64,000 nucleotides of DNA, taken from assembly GCA_000002445.1 (NCBI GenBank), contig CM000208.1, positions 832,001 through 896,000 of the forward strand. The letters run 5' to 3'. Positions 44,401 through 55,328 of this stretch are shown here, piece by piece. The notes under the pieces were generated by a model. It had not been told where the DNA came from and made no database searches. It worked only from the letters and a program-made list of their open reading frames with translations. The DNA is from Trypanosoma brucei (taxonomy: Eukaryota). Positions within the stretch are counted from its first letter, which is position 1. The number at the start of each line of letters is the position of its first letter. The translations under genes and the position numbers were made by a program.

Positions 44401-45300
44401 CTGTTGGATTCGTCGACAAGAAAAAGCAACGAACTGTTTATGCCCTCTCCAACAAGCCCATTTCATCTAGGGGATAAGAGGCAATCATCATCAGCGTTTG
44501 CTCCGGATCTTTCGTTTGACTTCTCTGCCTTTAATTCGGAGACATTGTACGCTACAAAGCAACTGGTGAGGGAACTTACGGAACGTGAGGAGAAATGGAG
44601 GCGAGCTACTGAGGACGATTCACTGCCTCCAAACACAGAAGAATGTGGCATTAGCGTCTTGCCTTGGGGAGCTCGAAAGTTGCTTCACGATCGGCTGCCG
44701 CTCATGTGGCAGTTTGCACCGTGGCGCCTTATATACGGTACGCGTTTCCACGGTTATAGTTACTCTAATATGATAAACGCGTGCCAGCGCGAAGTCAACA
44801 ACGCTAAGAGGGACGGGAAGCAGCCGAAAATGATATTGTTACTGGAGCTAGACATGTCAGCAGTGTGTTTGGAGGATGTCGTGACTGAAGAGGGAAACGA
44901 AAAAAAAGGAGGGTTCGTGATTGGTGTATGTATGTCACATCCTCTTTCTTTGGACAATAGGAGATTTTACGGTGGGAGCACAACGTTTGTTTTTCAAATA
45001 CGTATTCCTCCTTCTCCACAGGAACCCGCAATCCGAACCTTCCACGCCACGGGGAGGAATGAAAAGTTCATAAATTGTACTCCCCAAAGAATTGCCATAG
45101 GTGGAGGAGGTGGCTGTAGCCTTTTTCTCAGTAACTCTATTTCTAGTGGTTCCACTGCTGCATGCGTCACGTTTGACTCCCCACCACTAACGCACTGGAG
45201 AGATCCATCGTTGCCGTCGTTGAGCGCCGGTCCTTCCACCTCAGATAGCGTGAGCAGCTTTGATATTCGGACTGTTGAGGTGATTGTCGTTGGAGAGTAG
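41482..45300 (+). CDS. large TLDc-domain protein (TBC/LysM-associated, OXR1/NCOA7-like domain at the C-terminus), about 1272 aa
   Basis: ORF-track start 41386 is TTG; the first ATG is at 41482 (MSGRGGSR). The C-terminal 230 aa carry TLDc hallmarks: LPLMWQFAPWRLIYGTRFHGYSYSNMINAC ... GGFVIGVCMSH ... TFVFQI ... RIAIGGGGGCSLFLSNSISSGSTAACVTFDSPPL. Confidence 0.8.
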   Translation: MSGRGGSRAQSPCVTPSRCFLTNPFKISPAQTPKTTYLMRILGESIRRSSNVVATVAATVVLLEDDGFSTNSEFLMKWWRMLERCLGELAGVVNSCEENIREKDMRVLLALSHGFALAAQLSSLERRFLACLHRFAEVCEGAETVGAGEKLSGALSDITSLLKGEETILVAIRRQEANYIEKAIALQEEVFRVGEEGEPFFGKVEEPETRRTYLGSLWHALTAPFDDSEEVNNEQLVAADGGDWSQLISTFGSGGGASVCNWDDSMLLNSIVECAFASAEQQHTLLSERNFAVALFLFSTKCNVLEELVEVCFQLRLGNGGLFGFEKLMYTDVSSQRERTVDWLSTILSPLREDVLHLELCDGNPKPPYFVAVVFLTLLWNTTYCMWKRGCIREAYEWLRVVDLGQLRRMAKAEDERGMKREISPESGVNSEAEDVGNVQEELKYTGSLSWDYIVHRAAGCPGPDRAKQVHRHSEVDFRHDRSGQLMWFVHHISCLRNACALALLCSTPHDVMYIISKFHHSRRWQWRQCVYLHESAKDAGANLSAEFGVVDSKFEVLSLTNFIVENYLARRSVRMYHFRSPPSPRKATSSDTTIEGSVVHVCDELICSMSYGRFSGVKEMEEAMFSELFGACCEGEIGEETGGEATTEGDDGSQRRLNWLEVHVAKVAVAFARDFRGNIYFQNAWVGTERGARSEKHSGGGAEEASWSSVLPLVKGLHGSAAHPPMPTDAGGGNQPINACSQGTTHHEFEKEPQGLLRHVSCMVPVRMTPPRVEHQAENERCTLWLPSRKGVGLLLLPEETDVNGEYDSFGEVALRLLVIACRYCDSMKLLPLHSRFSHHAVPEAGRVDAENNDHLSGWDSCHALLPSVVHELNVGLSLITDELRSSAGGDVLSVWHQQRDSSISRFRLNHLVSVTLHGLCSDALTSIELQMREESSVISARCTISQAVGAVQESDQGELTVIDSCSTPRDLLLDSSTRKSNELFMPSPTSPFHLGDKRQSSSAFAPDLSFDFSAFNSETLYATKQLVRELTEREEKWRRATEDDSLPPNTEECGISVLPWGARKLLHDRLPLMWQFAPWRLIYGTRFHGYSYSNMINACQREVNNAKRDGKQPKMILLLELDMSAVCLEDVVTEEGNEKKGGFVIGVCMSHPLSLDNRRFYGGSTTFVFQIRIPPSPQEPAIRTFHATGRNEKFINCTPQRIAIGGGGGCSLFLSNSISSGSTAACVTFDSPPLTHWRDPSLPSLSAGPSTSDSVSSFDIRTVEVIVVGE

Positions 45301-47335
45301 CAATGTAACTCACCGCTTACTCCTGGCATCGTGTTTCTTTTTTTTTTTTTCCCTTCTCTCCCGTCTTCGTTTTTTTTCTTTTCCGTGCATATATCTTCTC
45401 TTAAGGGGGTTATGCTTATGTTTTATGGTCTCCTCTTCATTTCTTTGTGCACTGTTTGACCCTTTCAGTCTCACACATTATTCGTTTGCTTTTCATCTTT
45501 ATCGTATCATCTGATGGTCGTGTTTTTTCTTCTTCTTTTTACATCCTTTTGTTAATGGTGCCGGGTGCTATCAGTTCCCTTGTTCGTCACGGATGAGTTT
45601 TTTGCGCGCAAGGAGGAGACAAAATGCTGCAGTAACATTGTTGTTTCCCTTATATATATATATATATATATTTTCCTTACTGGCGCTTGTCTAAAGGCAG
45701 GCCACTACGTGCAAAGCATCATAGGAGAAGGTGTAGGGGAATGTCAGAACGAAAATGGCCACATCAACAAATAAAATATGGGCTTATAAACTTAGTGAAT
45801 TTCTTTCTTGCTGCTAATGACGCTTGTGGTGTCTTACCTCTCACCTCCCCCCTTGATTGTATTTTTTACCTTTATGGCTTGACAATCTTTTACCTCCTCT
45901 CTTTTCACTATTTATCTTTATTTTGTTATGCAGGCACTCGAAGGTGCACATTTAGACCTGTTGGACGATCGAATAAGAAAAAAAAACCGTGCGCAAACCG
46001 AGAGACAAAGCAAAATTAACTCGATTGTTTTAAGGGAAGAGGTTGTTGTACCACAAGGAAGGAAAGAAAACAAAGAGAGTGCGAGAAGCGATACTGATAT
46101 ATATATATATATATCACAAGCAAACACACACGCACCGGTATTTGAGAGGATTCGGGAACTCTTCGCGTGAGCCCAGTTGAAGCTTTCCTTTTAGCTTTAG
46201 TTTCAACACTTCGGGTAAGTGAAACTTAGCGGAGGGCACAAGTTGAGCGAAGAAAATTAAAAAAAAAAGAAGGAAGGACATCGAGGAGGAACCGCATTGA
46301 ACCTCCAAAATCGTGTGTTTATAGAAATCCCCGCACTCAGGTCCTCACTGACGTGAAGAAAAGAGAGGGGAGAGCCAACGAAACGTACACAGAAGAAAAT
46401 TTTTTGTCGCACAAATATATATATATTTAAATATTTATTTGTTTATTACATATACACATAAGAAAGGTACTTCAGATACCCAGTGAAGAAGAATCCTGGA
46501 AAAGTAAAAAAAAAAAGAAAGGAGAGAGCAAACAAAAAGAAGTTCGAAGCGTGTGCTTTAGAAGTAACCCACACCTTGAAAGAGTAAAACGTACGATACC
46601 GAAACCATTAGGTCGGATCGTTGCACACACGCGCAAAGAGAGAAACGAAGAGAGAGAGAGAGAGAGCGGGAAGAAAAAACAATAACAATAAGAACCACAT
46701 TAAGAACCTTCACCAGAAGCGGTTAGAGCGCCATTGGGTTAGATACGGCAGAAGTTCCATAGTGGTGCAAAGACACTGGACAGCAGCGAAAGGCACTAGA
46801 AGGGAGTGAAACACAAAAGAAAAAGAAACCGGCTACAATTTGAAAGAAGAAGGGAAAGGAAAAGGAAGGAGGAGGAGGATTTTTTTTTTTAAAGAAGTTG
46901 TAGCTCTTCGGTTAGCAAACTGATATCACAACTTAGGATACACTCACTCCTGACTCACTTAGAAGCGTAAGCAAGGAAAAAATAAAAAGATAAGACGGAA
47001 AACAAATTTCTCTCTAAGTGTGGTAAGAAACTGAACGGAACCGAGAAAGAAAAAAAAAAGAAGTCGCAAGCACAGAAAAGCAAGCGAATTGGTTGAACAC
47101 GAAAACAAGCAGGCGAAAAGGTTAACAGCAAAAAAAAAAAGGTCCACAGACGCACTACACTTACATTGTGAGGGCTCCACAAGCGTTTAGTTTTTTGTTT
47201 ACCTGCCCGTGGCACTACCTCGCGTATTACACGTTTAGGGGGGGGTTGATTCGGATAAGAAACTAAAATAGTAACAGAAGATCGTTTAGACAGACGTTTT
47301 TGATAAAGACCGTAAAAAGGGAGACAGCAGATCAG

Positions 47336-48697
47336 ATGGAGGCATCCGTGACAACAAATGAAATTACTGCTGAACCAGCTGCAAATCAAATGCAACTTTC
47401 TAATGAGTATGCAAGCAGTCGGTTTTCCTTAGCAGTGGCTGAGAAGGTTGGAAACAGAAGTCAAGAAGGCAGTGAAAGTCGTGACGTGGTTGATCACTGG
47501 GGTCAGAGTGTTCTTCAACTTTCAATTGTAGGCCTTGGAGGGTCCCGGGGAAGTTTCGGTAATTTTTCCATTGCTTCGGAGTTACTTTCGCTTGGGGAAC
47601 GCAACGAGGAGGAGCAATCTGTGATGCAGCAACGAGCGCCTCTCACAAATCCGGTTGGTGAAGTCGTGCATGCGACGAGTGGCGCGCGGGGGTTTGCGTT
47701 TTCCCCAGTCCAACGAATTCCCTCAGGTGTTTCTCAAAGAAACGAGGCGTCAATTGGGTATAATGATGACATTAGTCGTTCTTCCTCGTGCTCGTCCGGT
47801 AGTGAAGTGATGAGACAGGAGATGCGTCGTGGTGGCGTTCAAAGAACCGAAGTGAAATTGCATCTTTCGCATTCAAATGCTGACGTTGATGCTGAGGAGG
47901 AAGATATATCGACAATCAGGGCAACACCAACAGGTGGTGCGGTAGACACATTAAATGAGTTGTATGGTATTGATAGATATTTCACTTTTCACTACAACCC
48001 TGAGAGAGTGGTTACGCCAATCGATTGTGGTGATCAATGCAGCGGTGGAGGCAGTGGTGTTTCCACAGTCGCCACCGCTGCAGGATTGGAGAGTCAACGT
48101 GAAAGTGACGATAATAGGGTCGCTATGACCCATGAAGAAGATGAGATTGTGGGCGTGACGGCGGAAGGCGAATTTATTTACCGCCGTGATATTGTTGAGG
48201 GGCCAGACCGGCAGCGATGGCAGTCATTTTACCAGCCTATAAACAGACGGTCCAGTGAGCTCGGCGTTAACGAGTGCGTGCCATCCCTCATTCCCTCTAT
48301 GACCATTAATTCTGCACCAACAAGAGTTGAGTCAGGTCCTGCAACCACTACAGAGCCTTACCCTCAGGATCAGTACAATAACCGCTTTCACCCGCTTCAA
48401 AGTTTCGAACGGGTTGCCACTCAACTTCCGCATCTTTCCCGTGAAGCACCTCACGAGGGATTTACTGAGCGTGAGAGTGAGTGGACAGAAGAAGAAAGGG
48501 AGTCTTACCGGCTACTGATGCGGTACCGCCTGTGCGAAAATGAGGAAGAATTTGAATACGAGAAACTTCTCAATTCTGTGAGCACCTTGCGTGAAACTCT
48601 CCACCGGAAACCTATCGAAATGCTGCAACGGCGCCTTGAGGAAAGGCAGCAATTCGCCCGCTCAGGACTTGGAATGCCGCTTGCGCTCCGTTGGTGA
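47336..48697 (+). CDS. hypothetical protein, about 453 aa, acidic and Ser-rich
   Basis: ORF-track start 47300 is TTG; the first ATG is at 47336 (MEASVTTNE). Composition is complex. No domain recognised. Confidence 0.55.
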   Translation: MEASVTTNEITAEPAANQMQLSNEYASSRFSLAVAEKVGNRSQEGSESRDVVDHWGQSVLQLSIVGLGGSRGSFGNFSIASELLSLGERNEEEQSVMQQRAPLTNPVGEVVHATSGARGFAFSPVQRIPSGVSQRNEASIGYNDDISRSSSCSSGSEVMRQEMRRGGVQRTEVKLHLSHSNADVDAEEEDISTIRATPTGGAVDTLNELYGIDRYFTFHYNPERVVTPIDCGDQCSGGGSGVSTVATAAGLESQRESDDNRVAMTHEEDEIVGVTAEGEFIYRRDIVEGPDRQRWQSFYQPINRRSSELGVNECVPSLIPSMTINSAPTRVESGPATTTEPYPQDQYNNRFHPLQSFERVATQLPHLSREAPHEGFTERESEWTEEERESYRLLMRYRLCENEEEFEYEKLLNSVSTLRETLHRKPIEMLQRRLEERQQFARSGLGMPLALRW

Positions 48698-51600
48698 AGG
48701 TGTACTGGAGTCACGGAGCAAGGCGTAAAGGATCGTATATAACTATTCTCACCCCTTCGTTTCCATTAAAATAAAATGGTAATAATGGAGAAAACTGGAA
48801 AATGTGATTTTGGGGGGGGGAATTGTAAAAGAAATGAGCTGATGACGGCCTCTTCATGTTTGGCGGTGCTATCGGGTCTATTTCGTTCCACTCCTTTGCC
48901 CCTTTTCCAGTAACGTTCTCTTTATTTCTTTACGCCTTTCTTTTTTTGTTTATCATTACCAATATGATTAAACTTCTGTAATACGAAGCTTTATTCTTCA
49001 TAAAATTTTTCCTTTTATGTGGTAACTAGAATGAATCTTGCCCTTACAAGGGCACAAATTCCAGCTTAGCAAATCGTTTTTACATTTTCTTTCCCTTCCC
49101 TTCTCTTTTTTTATTGTTTGGCTACATGTTCCCCCTACCGTACCTTTACTTCCACTTGTACTCCACCTCCGTACAGAAAAAAATCGAGGAGTATAATTAA
49201 CCGACAAATAATAATTATTTATTGGTGCACTCCTTCCTTTCTTATTTTTGTCCCCTTCTCACCTCAAACCGTATTTATTGTGTAACCACATTTAACGTCG
49301 CAGTTCAGCTATCTTAAACACATTCCATATTTTGTACTTTTGTTTGTATTGTGTTACATCGGTTCATTCAAATGGCGTGCGTGTGTGTTTATCTTTATGT
49401 GGTGGGCTAATGAGATGCAAATACACATTTTCCGTTTCCCTTTCTGCGCTTCTCCCTTGTTGATGTTTTTTTTGTTTGTTTTCTCCCTTTCATCTCCTTC
49501 TCTTCCCCCTCCTCAACACATTTTGTGTATGTATTTCCCAAACAACTGCCGTTTTTCTTTCGCTCATCTCGTTCCCTTGTTTTTTTTTTAGAAGTGGGTG
49601 TCCACAGAAGTGACGGGAAAGGCGGCGGAGGTAAAACACAGTTACCGTTGAAACCCAATAGAAGATGAAGCGGATGAATACAAAAAGAAAAAAAATATAA
49701 TAGTTGTGAGGTGATAGGGAAATTGGAGAAACACATTCAGAATTGTTGTGTGGGGAAGATATAGATGGCTCTTTCTTTCTTTCTTTCTTTTTGTCGTTTG
49801 ATTTTATGCAACACTTTGTTGGTGGTACAGTAATACATGTGCTTTTCTTTAATTTTTTGCGTAAATGTTGTGCATGTACGGTGAAGGTAAGGAAGCGCAT
49901 TCAGTGTCGCATTTGCAGAAAATTAATAGCCGTAGTGTGGAGAAGAAGGAAAGAAAAAAAGATGATGATTATGATGATGGGCGATACGCTTACGCATATA
50001 TTTATTTACTTATATATTTATATACAAGCACATGGGGGGGGGGAGAAGACGAAGGAAAGGAAAATGGTGGTGTGGATTAGGAAAGTGGCGCAGCATATTG
50101 AGTTAAGTGTAAATGTATTTGCCACTTAAATATGTGATACATAGCGGTGTGACTCTTCACAGCGAAATCGGTAGCAAAGAAAAGGTGAGGAATGAATTTT
50201 TTTTTTTAAAAAAGAAAAAAATTGTTAAGGTTGCCATGTTGTTTGTCATTTCCCTCCCTCGTAATATCTCTCATTAGCTTTCAACCTGAATTTGTTGTAT
50301 ATGCCATTTTGGACACCTTCTCCTCCATTACTTCCCGTAGCGATGGCTTTGTAGGGAAAAGTGGAAGGAATTCTCATTCGTTTATTTATTTATATTATGA
50401 CAATGTTTGAGATACGTGTGTCCTGCTTTTTTTTTTTTTTTAGACATGATACAAACAAATACATCATATATTTATTTATATAATTATATGTTTGGAGGAG
50501 AATGGGTTCGGTAAGTGAGCGAGAGATATGTGAGGGAACGGTGTTGGCACTTGATTTTTTTTTTTCAATTTATGTTATTGCTTTTTTTTTGGGGGGGGAG
50601 GAGGGGGGCTTTTCATTATTAACACCCGCTGCGTTGAGTTTGCTTCGATATCCCATTTCCTTATTTATGGATGCATAAATAATAAATAATATATATATAT
50701 CTTTTAGAACCAGTGAGAGCAGATGAGGATTGGGAACGAGCAAGTGAATAGAATAAAGTGCGGGACATCGAATTTGTTTATTAATGAAAGCAAAATGTTT
50801 GATCAGTCGCCACCTCTTCGTTTGTCCTTTGTGTCTTTTATATTTTATTTCATTGCTATCCCTGTTCTTATTAACGTTATTATTCTCCTATTCGTGGTTG
50901 TTGGTATTCGTCGTACGTATTTGCGAATGCGTAATCACAAATAATAAAATTAATAACAACATTAATGAGGACAAGTAGCGATGATGGTATACGGTCATTT
51001 TATTATTTGATGATTTATCCTTTTATCTTTTTATTTATTTATTTTTCTTCCTTTCTTCTTTCCTTGTTTTGGAGCACGTCCTGTTCATATCTTTATTTAT
51101 TTATTTTTCCACCACCTCCCCCTCCCCTTCGTTCTTCCCTTTGATTTATTTTGTTGCCATCAATCATTTGCTGGTGGTAAAGTTATATTTGAAAATATAT
51201 GATATGAACTTAAATTGTGAAGGACGTGACGTGGGCAGGAATTTATTAATGGAGGGAAAGGGTAAAAAAAAAAAGATAGCACATTTATTTATTTATATTT
51301 ATTTATACATATGCGCCACAAACCGATGGGGAGAAATGAAAATATCCTTGATTTTGTTTGTGGTTTTCGTCCATTTACATTCATTTTTTTTTCTAATTTA
51401 TGGTCTCATTAACTCTTTCGTTTCTGTGACTTGTTTTTTTTTTTCAGTTGTCGTGGAAGAACCTGCATTATTTTGGTGTATTCAATTAGATATGACAATC
51501 CTCCCCTTTTATGCAATTAATTTCTTTATTATTGTTATTGTTTTGGTCCCGTTTGAAAATGTGGCACGCACCTTACTTTCGCTTCAAATTATAGCGCGAC

Positions 51601-54600
51601 TAAATACTTTTTTCTTTTTCTTTTTTTTGCTTTCCTTTTTTTTAAAAAAAAATATTTATATATATTTATAATCCTCACTAACGGCTTTGAAACCATCTTT
51701 TTATTATCATTTGAGTCGTGTCGTGTCTTTTTTTTTTCTGTTAAAAAAGTATTATTATGATTTTAATTTTTTCTGCAGCGGCATTATTTTAATTCCCTTC
51801 ATTTTTTTATTACCTTTCCGACCTGCCTTACAGGAAGGTTTTTTTTTAAAAAAAAAGAAAAACTGAAGCGGAAAATAATATAAGTAACAATAATAATGGG
51901 TTGAAGGATAATATCAATTTAAAATTATTATTGACATTATGACAGAGGAAATGAGATAAATGATTTATTTTACGTATTTGTTTTATTATCTTACTTGTAT
52001 TTGAGTGAAATTGTCAACTCTTATGTTTATAGAAACATCGCCTGATGTGACAAAGACTATTTTGAAGAAAAATGAAAGAAAAAGCAAACAAAACGTGTTG
52101 ATTTATTACTATTGTTATTATTATTATTATTATGTTGCTGCCGTTTTCATTGTGGATTATTTTCTTTTATTCCCCCTTTTGTATGGTGGTTGTTATAGAG
52201 TGCGTAAGAAAATGCACCCCTCTCTTTTTTTTTTTTAATTTCCGCCTACAGGGTTAAACATTCCTTTGAAAGTTGCGAAAAGCACAAATAAAATGATGAT
52301 AATAATAATAATAATACACCACCTTAAACTCACATATATATATATATATTTTCTCCCACCTTCCCTCCTCCCCTCGTGAATGTGTGTTTCCACACAAGTT
52401 AGCCCTCCTTATTTATTTCTTTTTTTTTTAAAAAAAAGAAATCAAAACAATACTATTTTTTTTTGTGTGTTTTATTTGTTTTATTTATAGAAGGAGGTAT
52501 TAGTGAATATCGTTCTGCATATATGATGTACTGCGGTGCATCATTTGTAGGCATGTTGATTGCTACCTATTGTGTAGTACTTTTTATTTTGATCTGAATG
52601 TTCACATGTATGCAATTCAGAAATTAAAAAAAAATAATGTATATATATATATAAGAAATAAAGGAGAAAAAAAAAGAAAAGAGGGAGGACAAAATGGAAA
52701 AGGAAATTCCGTCGTGTCAAAGTTGCGTTGTATCTCCGCCTTTGCTGCCTTTTTTCTTTCATTTCTTTTTCTTATTTTCCTTCTTTTTTTAATTTTTTTT
52801 TTTTTAAACGGGTGGTGACTTCCATCCTTTCATTTCATCACTCTTTATATTACATTTCATCTCTTCAAGAACTCATTTATTGGTGATGGTTTTGTGTTTG
52901 TTTGTTTTTTTATGCCATAATTTTTTTTTCTAAAAAAATAATAATAATTATTATTAACTATTGTTGTCATTGGGCTGCGTGTAACGCGCGTTGGAGAGTT
53001 TGTTTGAGCGGTATTCTCGACATTAAAGAAAGAAAAGGGGAAGAAAAGGCTGTGCGGACGAATAAATGACAAAACACGGAAGTAAACGAGTACGAACAAA
53101 AAGAAAAAGAAATATGTATTTATATTCATTTATATGTACCATATTTCTTTTTTTTTTTTACGTTTATTTTGTTCAACCATGCGCGTGTATTGTGTAGATG
53201 ATATTAGAAATTCTGTAAGTTTGAGTGGAGGTGACAAAAAAGCTCTTTTTTTTTTCTTGAACTTTCTTTTGGACCATATTTATTTGTTGTGAACTTATTA
53301 CTTGTTACAAAATAATAAAAAACTACCAATGCAAAAATGTTGGGGTTTGAATTATGGGGACGCACGTGTGCTCAAAAAGACAGGAGAAAATGAGGGACAT
53401 GCGGAAAAATAAAGGAGATTTTATGGGTGTTATGGTTTAGAGTTTCATTTTCTTATTGTTTAATTTTTACTTTTCATTTTTTTTTACTTTTTGTTATTAT
53501 TTGCGGTTACTTTTTTTTTTGTGTGCGAATACGCTGTGAAGGTAACTTGCAAGTGAGCCGCGTTGCCCATATTAATATGTTGTATTTTATCTTCCTTTTT
53601 GCTCCCTTTGTATATAGTTAGAGTCATGCATACCCGTATGTTTGTGTGACACTTTTTTGTTTTTTCTTCTTTTTCGATATATTTGTTCATGGGCTTTTGG
53701 CATTTTTTTTTCTGTTTTTATTTTTGTTTTTGTATGTATGTGAGGCATGACAGGCTTCTTAACTTTGTTTCTTCGTCTTCCTCCTCTCTTATCTGTCTTT
53801 TTTGTTACGAAGGAAATTTTTTAAAAAAAATTCCTTCGTTCTCTTTCCCTTTCCCTTTCTCTGTTTCTTTTTCTGTTTTTCCACATTCTATTTTTTTTAT
53901 ATGGTTTTTCATCTTATTTATTTAAGCTGCATGTTTACTTTTGTATAGATGGCGCATATCCGACTAGTTGCAGTGGTGCGAGAAAGAGAGGAAATAAAAA
54001 AAAAAAGAGAAGAAGAGAGGAAGCAAAAATAAATACAAAAGGAGAAAAAAATAAAGTGAGGGGGTTTGGGTTGGGTGGATGAAGGAGTAATCACTACTTT
54101 TTGTTTGTTTTTTTTAGCAATAATTCCGAAACGCGACGAATCAGCTTTAAGTGCTTTACGTACTGATGTTACATCTCAAAAAAAAAAAAGGAAAAAGGTG
54201 AACAAGATACACATACGCAATTTTATTGTCTTTTTTGTTGTTGTTGTTAGAGAGGGAGAGGAGTATGACTATTTGTGGACCCAGAAATAGATTGGCAATC
54301 TTTTTTTTTTTCCTATTTTGGTTGAAAAAGTTTGGCATTCTCAATGCCAAAGAGAACTGAGAAGAAGGTAACACATCATGTCATATATATTTTTTAAAAA
54401 AAGACGCATTGCTTCACTTGCTGCGGTGTATGATTTTGTGTGTATTTGTGGATGGGGATAATAGTGTTGTCACTATACTTAGTTTTGTTAAATCTCGATG
54501 TTAATGTTGTGTCTGTTATGACTATTGCCACTATTAGAAATATTTTAAGGTGATTTTGACATTTTTGTATGGCTGCGGTTTGTTTGTTTGTGTGTGTGTG

Positions 54601-55328
54601 TGTATTTGTGTGGAAGCTTGAGGCATCAGGAGGTTGTGAATCACGTGAAGAATATGCTGTTGTTTTTTTTTTCCGTTAGATGGAATAGTGATGACATCAC
54701 TATATTTCTTTACATCCTTCTTATATATTTTTCTTTTATTATTCTTTACAATACAATACAGCAAACAAATAAATATACAAACACAAACTCAAATTCCTCT
54801 GTACCACAAGGAACTTTATCTGTGAAGGATCTTGCAGTAATGAAAAGGAGGCACATATTTGTGTTTGTTTGCGTTTGAGTGTTTAAGTGGATAACACTGT
54901 TTAGACACCGCTTCAAGTGGTCCTATAGGGAGAATTGGACCATTATTTACAGATTGAAACACCATTCGTTAGGATGTGTTGCCGTCTCTTTGTTTTTTTT
55001 TCTTATCACTTTTGTTTTTATTTTTAAGTTTTCCCCCGTATACACCTATTTCGGATCTTCACGTCCATAATGAAACTCTTTGTACATACCACTCTTTTTC
55101 TTTTTGTGATGTTCGTCACTACTCTCCTGAAAATAAATGTCTCTTATTTTTCTTTTCTTGTGTAATTTAGCGTTTGCCTCCATTATATAAGGAAATACTC
55201 TCCCAAAGTAGCAATAAGTAAAGCCAATAGGGAGGGGAACTGGAAGCCACAGTATATAATACGAAACGCTTTAATATTATCCTTCTCAATATACAAGTGT
55301 CAGCTTTTTTTTTTCCGCTGTGGAGGTA

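Noticed and set aside
48698-55328. Gene desert as a centromere or strand-switch region
   Set aside because: There is no tandem 147-bp-type repeat array, and the flanking genes are co-oriented rather than divergent or convergent. It is kept as an unexplained long spacer rather than called a centromere or transcription boundary.
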